This document shows positions 18,385 to 28,569 of a stretch of 64,000 nucleotides of DNA, in pieces (position 1 is the stretch's first letter; each line of letters begins with the position of its first letter). A model generated the notes under the pieces. That model was not told the DNA's origin. It did no database searches and worked only from the letters and a program-made list of their open reading frames with translations. Location of the stretch: positions 100,335 to 164,334 of the forward strand of contig JBHLJY010000001.1 in NCBI GenBank assembly GCA_048887225.1. Direction: 5' to 3'. This stretch comes from Candidatus Hodarchaeota archaeon. GTDB lineage: Archaea; Asgardarchaeota; Lokiarchaeia; Sigyniarchaeales; SOKP01. A program made the position numbers and the translations under genes.

Positions 18385-19257
18385 ATGGCACTTTTTAATT
18401 CTGATATAGAAGCAATTATATATATCATAATCATTGGCATAACTTTATTCATCATAAGTAAAACCGCAACATATCTCATGAGACATGTTAAAAAAATATC
18501 TATAAAGACAGAGAATAAAATCTCATTCATATTGAGTCTTATTTTTTTTGTAATCATAGTTTATTTAGTTATTGAAGGATTTCCTTCATTTGAGCAAATT
18601 GATCCGACATACGCAGCAATTCTTACCGGTGCCATTAGCACGGCTTTAGCATTTGCCTCTAGTGGAGTTTTCAAAAATTTGGTGGCAGGAATTGTTTTAA
18701 TGTTTGTGGGGCCATTTGATATTGGAGATATTGTAAAAGTTGAAGATAATAAAGGAATCATACGGCATATTACTCTCTCTAAAACAATATTAGAAACGTT
18801 TGATGGAAAATTTATTGAAATCTCAAATACAGAAGTTTTCTCATCTTCTATTGTAAATTATACAAAAAAGTTATATAAAGTTCGTAATTTTGAACAATTC
18901 TTGAAAAAAATTCAAACCCCTCAGGTTAAAGCAATGGCGGAATTAAAGGAATTGGACGAGACGTATTTAAGAAAATTATTTGAAGATTGTAAAAAAATTC
19001 GTAATCCGATAATTCATAAATATACATTTAGAATGGAATATCCTATAGAACGATTTCGTAAGAAAATGGAGGAAACTCATGAATTATGTCTAAAATATAG
19101 AGAAAATTTTGGAGCACGTCCATGGTACGATATTGTAAATTTTGGAGCTGAAATTCACGTTAAATTTACAATATTAACATTAGATTCCAATACAATTCTT
19201 GAAGATCAACCGAAATTTGCCCATGATCTCTATAAAATTATACTTCAACATAATTAA
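18385..19257 (+). CDS. mechanosensitive ion channel (MscS family), second tandem copy
   Basis: 290 aa. NLVAGIVLMFVGPFDIGDIVKVEDNKGIIRHITLSKTILETFDGKFIEISN matches the MscS core. Confidence 0.8.
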   Translation: MALFNSDIEAIIYIIIIGITLFIISKTATYLMRHVKKISIKTENKISFILSLIFFVIIVYLVIEGFPSFEQIDPTYAAILTGAISTALAFASSGVFKNLVAGIVLMFVGPFDIGDIVKVEDNKGIIRHITLSKTILETFDGKFIEISNTEVFSSSIVNYTKKLYKVRNFEQFLKKIQTPQVKAMAELKELDETYLRKLFEDCKKIRNPIIHKYTFRMEYPIERFRKKMEETHELCLKYRENFGARPWYDIVNFGAEIHVKFTILTLDSNTILEDQPKFAHDLYKIILQHN

Positions 19258-19425
19258 TATCCATTTCATTAATCATACTAATAACTACTTTATATTTCTC
19301 GAAATGCATAGCTTAATGAATTTCTTTGAGATCTACAGATTAATATTTTATTAAGATCAGATGTTTATATTAATCGGCATTTATCCGTTTACAAACTAAG
19401 GAAATAATCTCTAAGGGTGAATAAA

Positions 19426-19822
19426 ATGATAAATATATGGGCAATTTTAGTTTTTATTGCGATATATTTTATATTGGGTGCTCTTTGATACTCGCCACTT
19501 CTTTTTGGTAAAATATGGGCTAAAGCGATGAACTATAATATTGATGAGTTAGAAATGAAACTAATTAATTTTATAGGGGGCTGCGATTGCTGCTTTCGTT
19601 GCTAGGTTTTTCCTTGCTCTTCTCTTAGAAATAATTGGGACTTATAATATTTTTATAGGGATTCTTGTAGCATTAGTCGTAGGAATAGGTTTCGTTTTAA
19701 CAATAGGATTTTATGACGTATCATATGAAAATAAAAATATTAAAGTATATTTAATTGATGCGGGATACCATATAGTAGCTCTGATAATTGCGGGATTAAT
19801 TCTCGGATTTTGGCAAATTTGA
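19426..19822 (+). pseudogene. DUF1761-family membrane protein pseudogene (in-frame TGA plus frameshift)
   Basis: It is absent from the ORF track. The ATG at 19426 is preceded by a GGGTGA SD. The translation MINIWAILVFIAIYFILGAL*YSPLLFGKIWAKAM has TGA (19486-19488) where the family has Trp (GALWYSP). The reading frame shifts at the G5 run 19576-19580. The hydrophobic C-terminal part continues in another frame to the TGA at 19820-19822. Confidence 0.65.
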
Positions 19823-19957
19823 ACTCATATCTATTGTACGAATTGTTTTTAATAGTACTAAAGCTCATAGTTTTCAAGTTCATATAGCCATTAAAAATAT
19901 AACTTATATCTCAATTTAATTAAAAATAACATAACATTTCCCTAAATTATTTTAGGC

Positions 19958-21745
19958 TTATGCTGGAATTAAAACAATAAAATTAGAACCTTTCTTATAA
20001 TCATCTTTTATTCTATTGTCTATCCAGATTTTTCCATTATAACTGTCTATTAGTTGTTTTACAAGTGATAATCCAATTCCCATACCTCTGGTCGAGTTTT
20101 CATCGTTGCTTCTCCGCTGAAAAATTGCTACTTTTCTTTCATCATGTATTCCTACACCATTATCAATAAATTCAATTTTACAATATTTTTTATTCTCTAA
20201 TTGCATCTCAGAAATTCTTATTTGAATTTCTATTACTAGATTAATATTATGTCTTACTGAATTCATTAAGATATTTTCGAAAAGATCTAAAATAAGCTCG
20301 TTCGCTATTGCATAATGATCTTCTTCAATTGCCTCTACATTTATATGGAGGTTTCGATTTTGATAAATTTCGTCAATAAATACAATTGCATCCATTAAAT
20401 TTTTATTAATGTTAACTAACTCTAATGGCATTTCAGTTTCTTCGAGTTTAGACAATTTAATAACATTCGAAACAAGTTTTGAACCTCTGAAAACATTTTC
20501 TGTTATAGAACTTAAAAAATCCTTTTTGTCTTCGAACATTTCTGGCCTTTTTTTAGATAATTTATACAATTCTACGGAAGATTTTATTGATTGAAGTATG
20601 TTATTCATGTCATGAGCAATTAGTTCTTTATAAAAATTCGCACGGTTATATGCCTCTCGGTATCTTTTTTCTGATTCCTTAAATTTTTGTTCCGCTTTTT
20701 TTCGCTCAGTAATATCCCTTCCAATCGCTACAATTAGAAGATTACCATCAAAACTCCTAAAAGTTTTTCCAGTATATTCAAATGGAATAGTGCGACCTTC
20801 TTTTGTAATAAGAGACATTTCAACAGTTGTTTCTCCCGTGCTTAATGCCTTTTGTGTTGCTTCTGCTGCTTTCTTTAAATCTTCCTCGCTATAATAAGAA
20901 TCAGGAGCTTTCAGTGAAGCTATCTCATCATCAGTATAGCCAGCAACTTTGCGAAAAGCCTCATTCCACCTAATTGCTTTGCCAGTTTCGGGTTCAAAAA
21001 CAAAAATTGTATCGATTGATGTATTTAAAATATTATCAGTAAATTCTTTTACGTTTTTTAAAGCTTCCTCTGAGATTATTCGTTCTGTGATGTCAATTCC
21101 ATAAATATTTATATATTTTTCTTCTTGAATTGGTGTAATATTAAATGTATAAATTCGATCATTTAGTCCTATTTCTATAATTTTAGTAGAGTTTTTTGAA
21201 ATTACACTATTAACGCCTTCCATTAATAGATATGGAATTTTTTTACCTTCGGTTATATTAAATAATTTTTTACCAGCTTCATTGATATACAAGATTTTTT
21301 CACTATCAACTCTTAAGACGGGGTTTGGATTTTCAGAAGGAAACCTTGCAAGATCGGCAATTTTTTTTTCAGATTTTTTGCGCCCTGAGATATCTATAAC
21401 CATTGAACGTGATTCAAGTACATTTCCATTATTATCTATGATTGGATTTACTGATAAACTAATCCAGATAATATCCCCATTTCTATGTTTAAATTGTAAT
21501 TCTTCGTCTTTTATTTGCTTACTTTCTAAGAATCTTTTAAAAAGCCTCTTCGCTTTCTGTAAACCATTCTCTGTGTTAGCATATAAATCAAAAACTTTCA
21601 TATTTAAGAGTTCTTCTTTACTATAACCTAAAAGTCTTTCTGCTGCTTTATTACACCTTATAATTGATTTATCAGGGCTTATAGAGAAATAGGCATTTGG
21701 AGCTTCTTCATATAGATCTTGATATTTATTCTTCGATTCTTTCAA
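19958..21745 (-). CDS. PAS-domain sensor histidine kinase
   Basis: 595 aa with a TTG start. It has several PAS modules, the H-box ELIAHDMNNILQSI, and a HATPase_c region (NSVRHN...DNGVGI...GMGIGLSLV). Confidence 0.85.
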   Translation of the reverse strand: MKESKNKYQDLYEEAPNAYFSISPDKSIIRCNKAAERLLGYSKEELLNMKVFDLYANTENGLQKAKRLFKRFLESKQIKDEELQFKHRNGDIIWISLSVNPIIDNNGNVLESRSMVIDISGRKKSEKKIADLARFPSENPNPVLRVDSEKILYINEAGKKLFNITEGKKIPYLLMEGVNSVISKNSTKIIEIGLNDRIYTFNITPIQEEKYINIYGIDITERIISEEALKNVKEFTDNILNTSIDTIFVFEPETGKAIRWNEAFRKVAGYTDDEIASLKAPDSYYSEEDLKKAAEATQKALSTGETTVEMSLITKEGRTIPFEYTGKTFRSFDGNLLIVAIGRDITERKKAEQKFKESEKRYREAYNRANFYKELIAHDMNNILQSIKSSVELYKLSKKRPEMFEDKKDFLSSITENVFRGSKLVSNVIKLSKLEETEMPLELVNINKNLMDAIVFIDEIYQNRNLHINVEAIEEDHYAIANELILDLFENILMNSVRHNINLVIEIQIRISEMQLENKKYCKIEFIDNGVGIHDERKVAIFQRRSNDENSTRGMGIGLSLVKQLIDSYNGKIWIDNRIKDDYKKGSNFIVLIPA

Positions 21746-22152
21746 TTTTAGTTCTACCTTTTTGTGTATATCTTACTATTAAATAAAAAATTGACTTCAA
21801 GTTTTTAAGAATTGTTTTTATATTCCATAAAAACTCAATCCAAACTTAAGATTTAGAATTATTTTAAATAAAAATTATAGATATATCTTTACTTAGTTGT
21901 AAAAGAGTCTTTATATTTGATAAGTCCTCTTTTATTAATATTAATTTTATATATAGTGTTAGGATTGAGGATAAAAACATAACCTATATCTCGATAAATT
22001 TATAAATTAATTTAGCCATTTTTTATTTGTTTCTATTATACTTCATGGTATAATTATATAAGATAAATAATAAAATCAGAAAATATTTGATTCTCATTTA
22101 TTAATGAGACAGTTTTTATTTCTTATAATTTTAAAAAATAAAATGATTTAAC

Positions 22153-25100
22153 TTGAATGCTATAGAAAACCAGCTTAAGGAATTAAATAAAAAATTAATT
22201 GAATCAGAAGAGAAGTTTAGAGCTATTGCCGAACAATCAAATTTGGGTATTTGTATTCAGCAAGATGACAGGATTAAATATATAAATCAACGATTGGCAG
22301 ATTTAGTAGGATATACAATTGAAGAATTAAAAAGTTGGCAACCAAGAGAGTATGCAAAAGTAATTCATCCAGATGATAGGGAATATGCAATAGAACAAGG
22401 AAGAAAAAAACAGTTAGGGAGCAATAATGTTGATACTAATTATCAATTTCGTTTAATTAAAAGCACTGGTGAAATTATATGGGTTGATAATTATTCAAAT
22501 GCAATTATTTACAAAGATAGCCTAGCTAATTTAGCTACTATTATTGATATTACAGAAAAAAAAAAGGCAGAGATAGAGTTGAAAGAATCCGAAGAAAAAT
22601 TTAGATTAATTTCAGAAAAAGCAGATGACTTAATTTCAATTTTAGATAAAAAAATGAAATTTGAATATGTTAATGAACCAGTTCATTATCGATTGATGGG
22701 ATATTCAAGAGAAGATCTAATTGGAAAAACTGGGTTAGAACTTATACATCCAGAAGATCGTGCAAAAGTTTTACAAGAATTTAATAAAGCTTTTAAAACC
22801 GGTGAAGCAATCGCAGAGGCAAGAATTAGAAATAAAGATGGGCAATATATCTGGACAGAAACTAAAGGTAAATCTTTTATCGATAAAAATAATGAACCAA
22901 AAGCTCTATTAATCACAAGAATTATTACAGAGCGTAAAAATGATGAAAAAAAATTAAAAGAATCCGAAGAAAAATTTAAAGCTCTTTTTAAAGGAGGACC
23001 AGTTCCTACATATGCATGGCAAAAAGTAAGAAACGATTTTAAATTAATTGATTATAACAATGCCGCCGAAGAGTTTACCTATAGAAATGTGAGAAATTAT
23101 TTAGGATTAAAAGCTTCTGAGATGTATAAAGATCGACCAGATATCTTAAAAGATTTACATAGTTGCTTTGACACAAAATTCAATATTACTCGTGAGATGA
23201 AATATTACATCAACATTTTAAAAGAAGAAAAAGATCTTATAGTGAAATATAGTTTTATTCCTCCAGATCTGGTCTTAGTTCATACAGAAGATATAACTCG
23301 TAGAAAAATAGCCGAAGAAAATTTGAAAGAATCAGAAGAAAAATATCGATTAATTATTGAAAATGCTCATGAAGGAATCTGGGCTATTGATAAAGACGCC
23401 AATATTACTTTTGTTAATCCAAGAATGGCAGAAATATTGGGTTATACTACTGATGAAATGCTTGGAAAGCATTTATTTGATTTTATGGATGAAAATCTTA
23501 TAGAAATTGCTAAACAATATCTTGAACGCAGAAAAAGAGGTATAAAAGAACAACACGATTTTGAGTTTCTTCGAAAAAATGGAACAAAAATTACAACAAG
23601 CTTGAATACCTCGCCTATTATAGATAAAAACGGGAATTATGTTGGAGCTGTTGCGTTCATAACTGATATAACTGTTCGCAGGAAAGCAGAATATGAATTA
23701 AAGGAATCCGAGGAAAAATATCGACATTTATTTGAAAACTCACCATTCATTATAGTAATACTGGATTTAGAGGCTAATATTATAGATCTAAACTCAGCCG
23801 TCAATAATTTTCTCACTTCGCGTACGAAAAATGATTTAATCGGAAAAAATATAAGAGAAATCTTTTCTATACGTGAAGAGGAAAAACCAATAATCCCAAT
23901 AATACTAGATCAAATAAAAAGAACGGTTAATGGAGAAACTACAGAACCATTTGAATTTCCTTTAATAAGGTCAGATGAAAGTATTCAATGGATACGTTTC
24001 CAAAGTTCTTTAATAAATTTAGAAGATCAAAACTTAATACAATTTATAGGACAAGATATTACCAAGCGGAAGAAAGATAGAGATGAATTACGTTTACATA
24101 GTCAAATCATGAAAAATATGGCTGAGGGCGTGTGTCTTATTCGAGCCGACAATGAAACATTTGTCTATATAAATCCCAGATTTAAGAAGCTATTTGGTTA
24201 TGAACCTGATGAGTTGATAGGTAAGCATGTTTCAATTATAAATGCTCCAACTGCCATAAGTCCTATGGAAACAGCAAAAAAAATAACAGATATCGTGGAA
24301 AGAACAGGAGAGTGGCATGGGGAAGTTAAAAATATCAAGAAAGATGGTACAACATTATTTTGTCATGCTAATATCTCAACCTTTAAACATCCTGAGTATG
24401 GTAAAGTTTATGTCAACGTCATTATTGATATGACCGAAAGCAAGAAATCAGAACAAAAATTAGAAGAATCAGAAAAAAAATATCGCTATATTTTCGAGAA
24501 CTCACGCAATGCTATACTTTTAATTAATCCTGATGGAATAATTATTGATTGTAATCCAAGTACAGAAAGAATAACTGGATACAAGAAAACAGAACTAATA
24601 AACAGGAATTTTAAAGATCTCTCAGTAATTCGTAAAAAATACTTAAATTTGAGTGTTAAACTTTTTAGAAAACTTTTCGATGGAGAGATTGTACATCGTG
24701 TAGATGTAGAATTTATAAAAAAAGGTGGTAGTTTGATCTGGGTGAGTATACACGCATCTATAGTTAATATCAGCGAAGAGAAATTTATGATTGTGCTAAT
24801 TTATGATATCACAGAGCGTAAAAGAGCCGAATTTCTTGTTGAAGAAGAATTAAAAAAATTGAAAGAATTAGAGCAAATTCGAAAAAATCTAATTCTTAGA
24901 GTATCACACGAGCTTAAAACACCATTGATACCTGTATGTAGTGGAACTGAATTTCTTTTGTATAAATATGAAAAACAATTAGAAGAAGAAGTAAGCGATA
25001 TACTTAAAATGATAGAAAAAGGAGGCAAACGGTTGAAAATGCTGGTGAATAAATTACTTGATGTATCTCGATTAGAATATGATATGCTTTTATTAGAAAA

Positions 25101-25575
25101 ACAAACAAAGGATTTATGTGAAATAATAAAAGAATGTTGTAATGACATGATGCATTTAATTAAAGACAGGGGTCTTACACTTAATCTAGATATTCCTAAC
25201 AATTTTTATCTCGATATAGACGCTATGAGAGTTGAACAAGTAATTATAAATCTATTGTCAAACGCTATAAAAAATACTCCACCTAAAGGAAAAATTTCTA
25301 TTGGTTTGCGAGAAGAGAATAATTGGGCTACATTAGCTGTAACTGATACGGGAGTTGGTTTTACTAAGGAAGAAATGAGTAAAGTTTTCACTAGATTCGG
25401 TAAAATAGAAAGACTTGATAAAGGACTTGAATATATGGATATCCAAGGTTCAGGATTAGGACTATATCTCTCTAAAGAAATTGTTGATTTACATGGAGGT
25501 AAAATCTGGGCAGCGTCTGAAGGTCGAAATAAGGGTTCTACATTTTACTTTTCTCTGCCTATCATTAAAAAATAG
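22153..25575 (+). CDS. multi-PAS sensor histidine kinase
   Basis: 1140 aa with a TTG start. About seven PAS modules are joined by recurring LKESEEK(F/Y)R linkers. It has the H-box RVSHELKTPL and a HATPase_c region (LLSNAIKNTP...DTGVGF...GSGLGLYLSKEIV). Confidence 0.9.
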   Translation: MNAIENQLKELNKKLIESEEKFRAIAEQSNLGICIQQDDRIKYINQRLADLVGYTIEELKSWQPREYAKVIHPDDREYAIEQGRKKQLGSNNVDTNYQFRLIKSTGEIIWVDNYSNAIIYKDSLANLATIIDITEKKKAEIELKESEEKFRLISEKADDLISILDKKMKFEYVNEPVHYRLMGYSREDLIGKTGLELIHPEDRAKVLQEFNKAFKTGEAIAEARIRNKDGQYIWTETKGKSFIDKNNEPKALLITRIITERKNDEKKLKESEEKFKALFKGGPVPTYAWQKVRNDFKLIDYNNAAEEFTYRNVRNYLGLKASEMYKDRPDILKDLHSCFDTKFNITREMKYYINILKEEKDLIVKYSFIPPDLVLVHTEDITRRKIAEENLKESEEKYRLIIENAHEGIWAIDKDANITFVNPRMAEILGYTTDEMLGKHLFDFMDENLIEIAKQYLERRKRGIKEQHDFEFLRKNGTKITTSLNTSPIIDKNGNYVGAVAFITDITVRRKAEYELKESEEKYRHLFENSPFIIVILDLEANIIDLNSAVNNFLTSRTKNDLIGKNIREIFSIREEEKPIIPIILDQIKRTVNGETTEPFEFPLIRSDESIQWIRFQSSLINLEDQNLIQFIGQDITKRKKDRDELRLHSQIMKNMAEGVCLIRADNETFVYINPRFKKLFGYEPDELIGKHVSIINAPTAISPMETAKKITDIVERTGEWHGEVKNIKKDGTTLFCHANISTFKHPEYGKVYVNVIIDMTESKKSEQKLEESEKKYRYIFENSRNAILLINPDGIIIDCNPSTERITGYKKTELINRNFKDLSVIRKKYLNLSVKLFRKLFDGEIVHRVDVEFIKKGGSLIWVSIHASIVNISEEKFMIVLIYDITERKRAEFLVEEELKKLKELEQIRKNLILRVSHELKTPLIPVCSGTEFLLYKYEKQLEEEVSDILKMIEKGGKRLKMLVNKLLDVSRLEYDMLLLEKQTKDLCEIIKECCNDMMHLIKDRGLTLNLDIPNNFYLDIDAMRVEQVIINLLSNAIKNTPPKGKISIGLREENNWATLAVTDTGVGFTKEEMSKVFTRFGKIERLDKGLEYMDIQGSGLGLYLSKEIVDLHGGKIWAASEGRNKGSTFYFSLPIIKK

Positions 25576-25685
25576 TTTTAATCTCTTTTTAGATCCTCTT
25601 AGTTTAATTTAAATATTTTTTAATTATTTCGAAGTTTATTTGCTCATAATCCAAAAAGAATTTCTATGATTAATACTCCAATATT

Positions 25686-26135
25686 TTATTTTTTTAAATC
25701 TATTTTAACTTTATCTCTGTCCTCAAACTTAAGTTCGAGAATTATTCTACCCCATCCCCCACATTTTAATCCTATATCGAAACAACCAACTCTTTTAATA
25801 CGCATTTCATTAGGATCAACACCCGCGTAAAATAGCTCTTGAGCAGCAAAAATTAACCTTTCCATCTCACTTAATGCATAAATACAAATTCGCTTAGGAT
25901 TTAATTTAGTAAGAAGATTTCCAGGACCATCAAAATAAAATTTATGACCTACTTTATGTAAACTACTACATCCATGTGATTGAACTACTTCAATAATGAT
26001 CGTTTTTTGCAATAAAGCTGGCGCTTTCATAATTGCTTCCTGATTTCTCGGATTTTTCATCCAAAGCTCCATTTCTTCATCTGAATAACCTAAATGTTTT
26101 TGGATAAAACGAGCATAATTTTTTATAGATTTCAT
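25686..26135 (-). CDS. hypothetical Cys-containing protein (distant TIGR04076-like pattern)
   Basis: I prefer the ATG at 26135 (MKSIKNY), because the upstream extension to 26204 is low-complexity K/I/N. Conserved-looking segments are SHGCSSLHKVGHKFYF and VGCFDIGLKCGGWG. The family assignment is weak. Confidence 0.45.
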   Translation of the reverse strand: MKSIKNYARFIQKHLGYSDEEMELWMKNPRNQEAIMKAPALLQKTIIIEVVQSHGCSSLHKVGHKFYFDGPGNLLTKLNPKRICIYALSEMERLIFAAQELFYAGVDPNEMRIKRVGCFDIGLKCGGWGRIILELKFEDRDKVKIDLKK

Positions 26136-26360
26136 TTTCTCTCCATCCTTGTTTTTTTTCTTAATATTATTTATTATTTTTTTTATTATAGATATTTTAA
26201 TCAAATTATATTTTTAAGAGGAATGAATTTTACTAAATATTATATTTAGTTCAAAATATAAGATTCTCTAAGTTTTAACATACAAGAAAGCTAAAATTCA
26301 AACGATATTTTCAAACTAAAAAAGAAAGTTAGAACCTTAAATAAAAAAAAGTTGAAAAAA

Positions 26361-26750
26361 TTAGATAAAAGCTAAAATTCCGAATATGAGCACGACTAAG
26401 GCAATGAGGAACACTATTCGACCAGCCATAATGTGCATCTTTCGCATATTTTTATCCTGCTTTTTAGACGCAATATACCCCCCAAAAATTTCGCCAATTA
26501 CCCAGATAATGACAATTAATCCAAAAACTGCATGAATTAAAATTAAATTTAATCCACTCAAGACAAGAAGGCCGATTAGAGTGAGTATTATTCCAGCAAC
26601 GGCAAAAATTTTATGGAATAAAAACCATTTTTCCGGTTTATGGATGGTTACTACAATGATTGAAAGTGCCAAAAGCGAGATTCCAATCAGCATGACCCAA
26701 AAATGGGGAAACGTTAAAAGGGCTGTTATAGACATCTTTTTTATACACAC
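26361..26750 (-). CDS. four-TM membrane protein with one His per helix (possible b-type haem-binding protein)
   Basis: 129 aa with four hydrophobic helices, each carrying a His (FPHFW, LFHKIF, LIHAVF, KMHIMAG). Confidence 0.5.
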   Translation of the reverse strand: MCIKKMSITALLTFPHFWVMLIGISLLALSIIVVTIHKPEKWFLFHKIFAVAGIILTLIGLLVLSGLNLILIHAVFGLIVIIWVIGEIFGGYIASKKQDKNMRKMHIMAGRIVFLIALVVLIFGILAFI

Positions 26751-26868
26751 TTCTTTTTAATAATTTTTTATTGATTTTTACGCATGTTCATTATTAAAAT
26801 TTACTTAACTAAAGTAAAAATATAAAAAAAAAAATAATAAATAAATAATGAGTAATAACTGAGAATTA

Positions 26869-27642
26869 ATGATCGAAAAAAAGATTTTGATTACTCGAAG
26901 TGTCGGTGGGCATTTGCACGCAGTTCATTTTTTAAGTCGCGGTGAAAAATCTTCTGAAAAAAATGAAAGATATCCATTTGTAATACTCTGCCATGGATTA
27001 ACAGGTGATAAATATGAGTGGGGGCGTTTCACTAAGACTGCGAAATCTTTAAATGAAGTGGGATTTGACGCATTAATTTTTGATTTTTCTGGTTCTGGTG
27101 AGAATGAACGTGAATCCATAACATTATCTAAGCAGGTCAAGGATCTTGAAGATGTATATACATGGGCAAAAAATAAAGGTTATACAAAAATTGCTGTTAT
27201 AGGGCTTTCGTTTGGTGGACTCACAGCTTTAGTGGCACACCTTCCAGGGATTAAAACATATGTATTTTGGGCTCCTGGTTTCTATGTAAAAGAAGAATTT
27301 TTTAAAATGACAGCATTACAGAAAACTCTTGAAAAAGGAGTTCTAAAATTACCTTCCTCTGGGGATTATGAACCTATAATGATAGATAATTCGTTTTTGG
27401 AGGCTCTTGCCAATTATGAAGTTAACTCTTATCTAAAAAAATTATTGACCCCTACATTACTAATACAAGGTACTCGTGATATGGTTGTTAAATGTAATTC
27501 TACAAAAGAAGCATTCAAACAATTGCCACAAGAGGACTCTCATAAACTCGTTGAGATTGAAAAAGCAACTCATAATTTTGACGGAGTCTATTTAACAAAA
27601 TTTATTGATGTTTCTATTCATTGGTTAAAAAAATATCTCTAA
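26869..27642 (+). CDS. alpha/beta hydrolase
   Basis: 257 aa. It has the nucleophile elbow GLSFGG, CHGLTGDK, and a late HNF His. Confidence 0.75.
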   Translation: MIEKKILITRSVGGHLHAVHFLSRGEKSSEKNERYPFVILCHGLTGDKYEWGRFTKTAKSLNEVGFDALIFDFSGSGENERESITLSKQVKDLEDVYTWAKNKGYTKIAVIGLSFGGLTALVAHLPGIKTYVFWAPGFYVKEEFFKMTALQKTLEKGVLKLPSSGDYEPIMIDNSFLEALANYEVNSYLKKLLTPTLLIQGTRDMVVKCNSTKEAFKQLPQEDSHKLVEIEKATHNFDGVYLTKFIDVSIHWLKKYL

Positions 27643-27815
27643 AAAAATAAATTAATGTTCCGTTAATATCTTCCCAATAGCATCCATTGGAATTTAGAAT
27701 TAGTGTTTATTATTTCTTTTAGATTAGTTTAAAAATCTTTTTTTTGAGTCATAAATACTGGTTATTTAAGATATAATTAACAAAAACGAAATGATAATTT
27801 AGTAATGAGGATGAA

Positions 27816-28247
27816 ATGACAAAAGAAGCACCTTTAACGATGTGTTGGTTTGGTTTGTACCAACCTTATGCTACTTCAATAGTTCATGTTCCTGAACAGG
27901 AAATTAGTCCAGATGAAGTTGATGAGAAAGATTTAGTTTTTATCTGGGATAAATATATGAAGGCTGATATACTAAGTGAATTTTTAGGAACACCAGTGCC
28001 GTGGTCACCTGCTTTGATTAAAGGGTATTCTCGTGAATGGAAAAAGCAAGATGATGGAAGTTTCATTTGCGAATTGGTTCAAAAAGAATATGGGGAATGT
28101 CTTGGTGCAGTATTATTGGTATCGAGATTAAGCAACGAAAAATTAATTCCCCTTGTTGAGGATTACAAAAAGCGAGGTTATTCTTTAAAAAAAGCTAAAG
28201 TTCTTATTGGAGATTTAACAAGAGATATCTTGGCCTTTTTACCCTGA
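27816..28247 (+). CDS. hypothetical protein
   Basis: 143-aa ORF with a GAGGATGA SD adjacent to the ATG. I recognised no motif. Confidence 0.5.
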   Translation: MTKEAPLTMCWFGLYQPYATSIVHVPEQEISPDEVDEKDLVFIWDKYMKADILSEFLGTPVPWSPALIKGYSREWKKQDDGSFICELVQKEYGECLGAVLLVSRLSNEKLIPLVEDYKKRGYSLKKAKVLIGDLTRDILAFLP

Positions 28248-28569
28248 TTATGCTTGTTTGATAAGGTGATTTTAAGGATTTTAAGATTAGTTAATGTCTT
28301 CCCCAATCGTAAGAGAGTCGTCAAGTCTCGGGTCCCCTCTTAAAAAATAAATTGAGAAATATTGCTATCAGAGATATAATCAGTATCAGAAAAAAGATTT
28401 TTAAAAAAAGGGCGGAATCAAGAATTTATTATAATATTAGATGATTTCTATTAAAAAAATATAGAAAGAAATATCTTTAATTAACTGTGGTTTTCTTTAA
28501 TTATATTTTCAGTTTTTTAAGATTAATCAATTCTTTAAATAAAATAATACTAAAACAAAAATTTAATTG

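Noticed and set aside
19486-19488. TGA might be read as Trp in this organism, since a TGA sits exactly at a conserved Trp of the DUF1761-like gene.
   Set aside because: TGA clearly terminates several well-delimited genes at their expected ends, for example 31189-31191, 28245-28247 and the ferredoxin stop at 43710-43712. The same gene also carries a frameshift, so pseudogenisation or sequence error is the simpler reading.
19887-22020. Similar AT-rich segments flank the 595-aa histidine kinase gene: aaaaatataacttatatctcaat near 19896-19919 and aaaaacataacctatatctcgat near 21974-21997. I considered direct repeats of a mobile insertion.
   Set aside because: Only about 13 of 15 core positions match in very AT-rich DNA. 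There is no recombinase and no terminal inverted repeats, and the gene itself is an ordinary chromosomal HK. This is probably chance or a shared promoter/terminator-like composition.
21746-22152. An attempt to call archaeal TATA/BRE promoter elements in this and other spacers.
   Set aside because: Nearly every position of these spacers (under 25% GC) resembles a TATA box. Calls would not be discriminating without TSS data.
26136-26204. A 23-codon N-terminal extension (MIKISIIKKIINNIKKKNKDGEK) of the 25686 ORF.
   Set aside because: It is low-complexity translation of an A-rich promoter-like tract. The next Met (26135) begins the structured part of the protein.
28290-28340. A GC-richer patch (gtcttccccaatcgtaagagagtcgtcaagtctcgggtcccctc) in an otherwise AT-rich spacer. 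I considered a tRNA fragment, a small RNA or a gene remnant.
   Set aside because: There is no cloverleaf or stable extended stem. On the minus strand it reads only as a Met-less 24-codon fragment ending in a stop, and on the plus strand only as an 18-aa ORF. The evidence is insufficient for any call.
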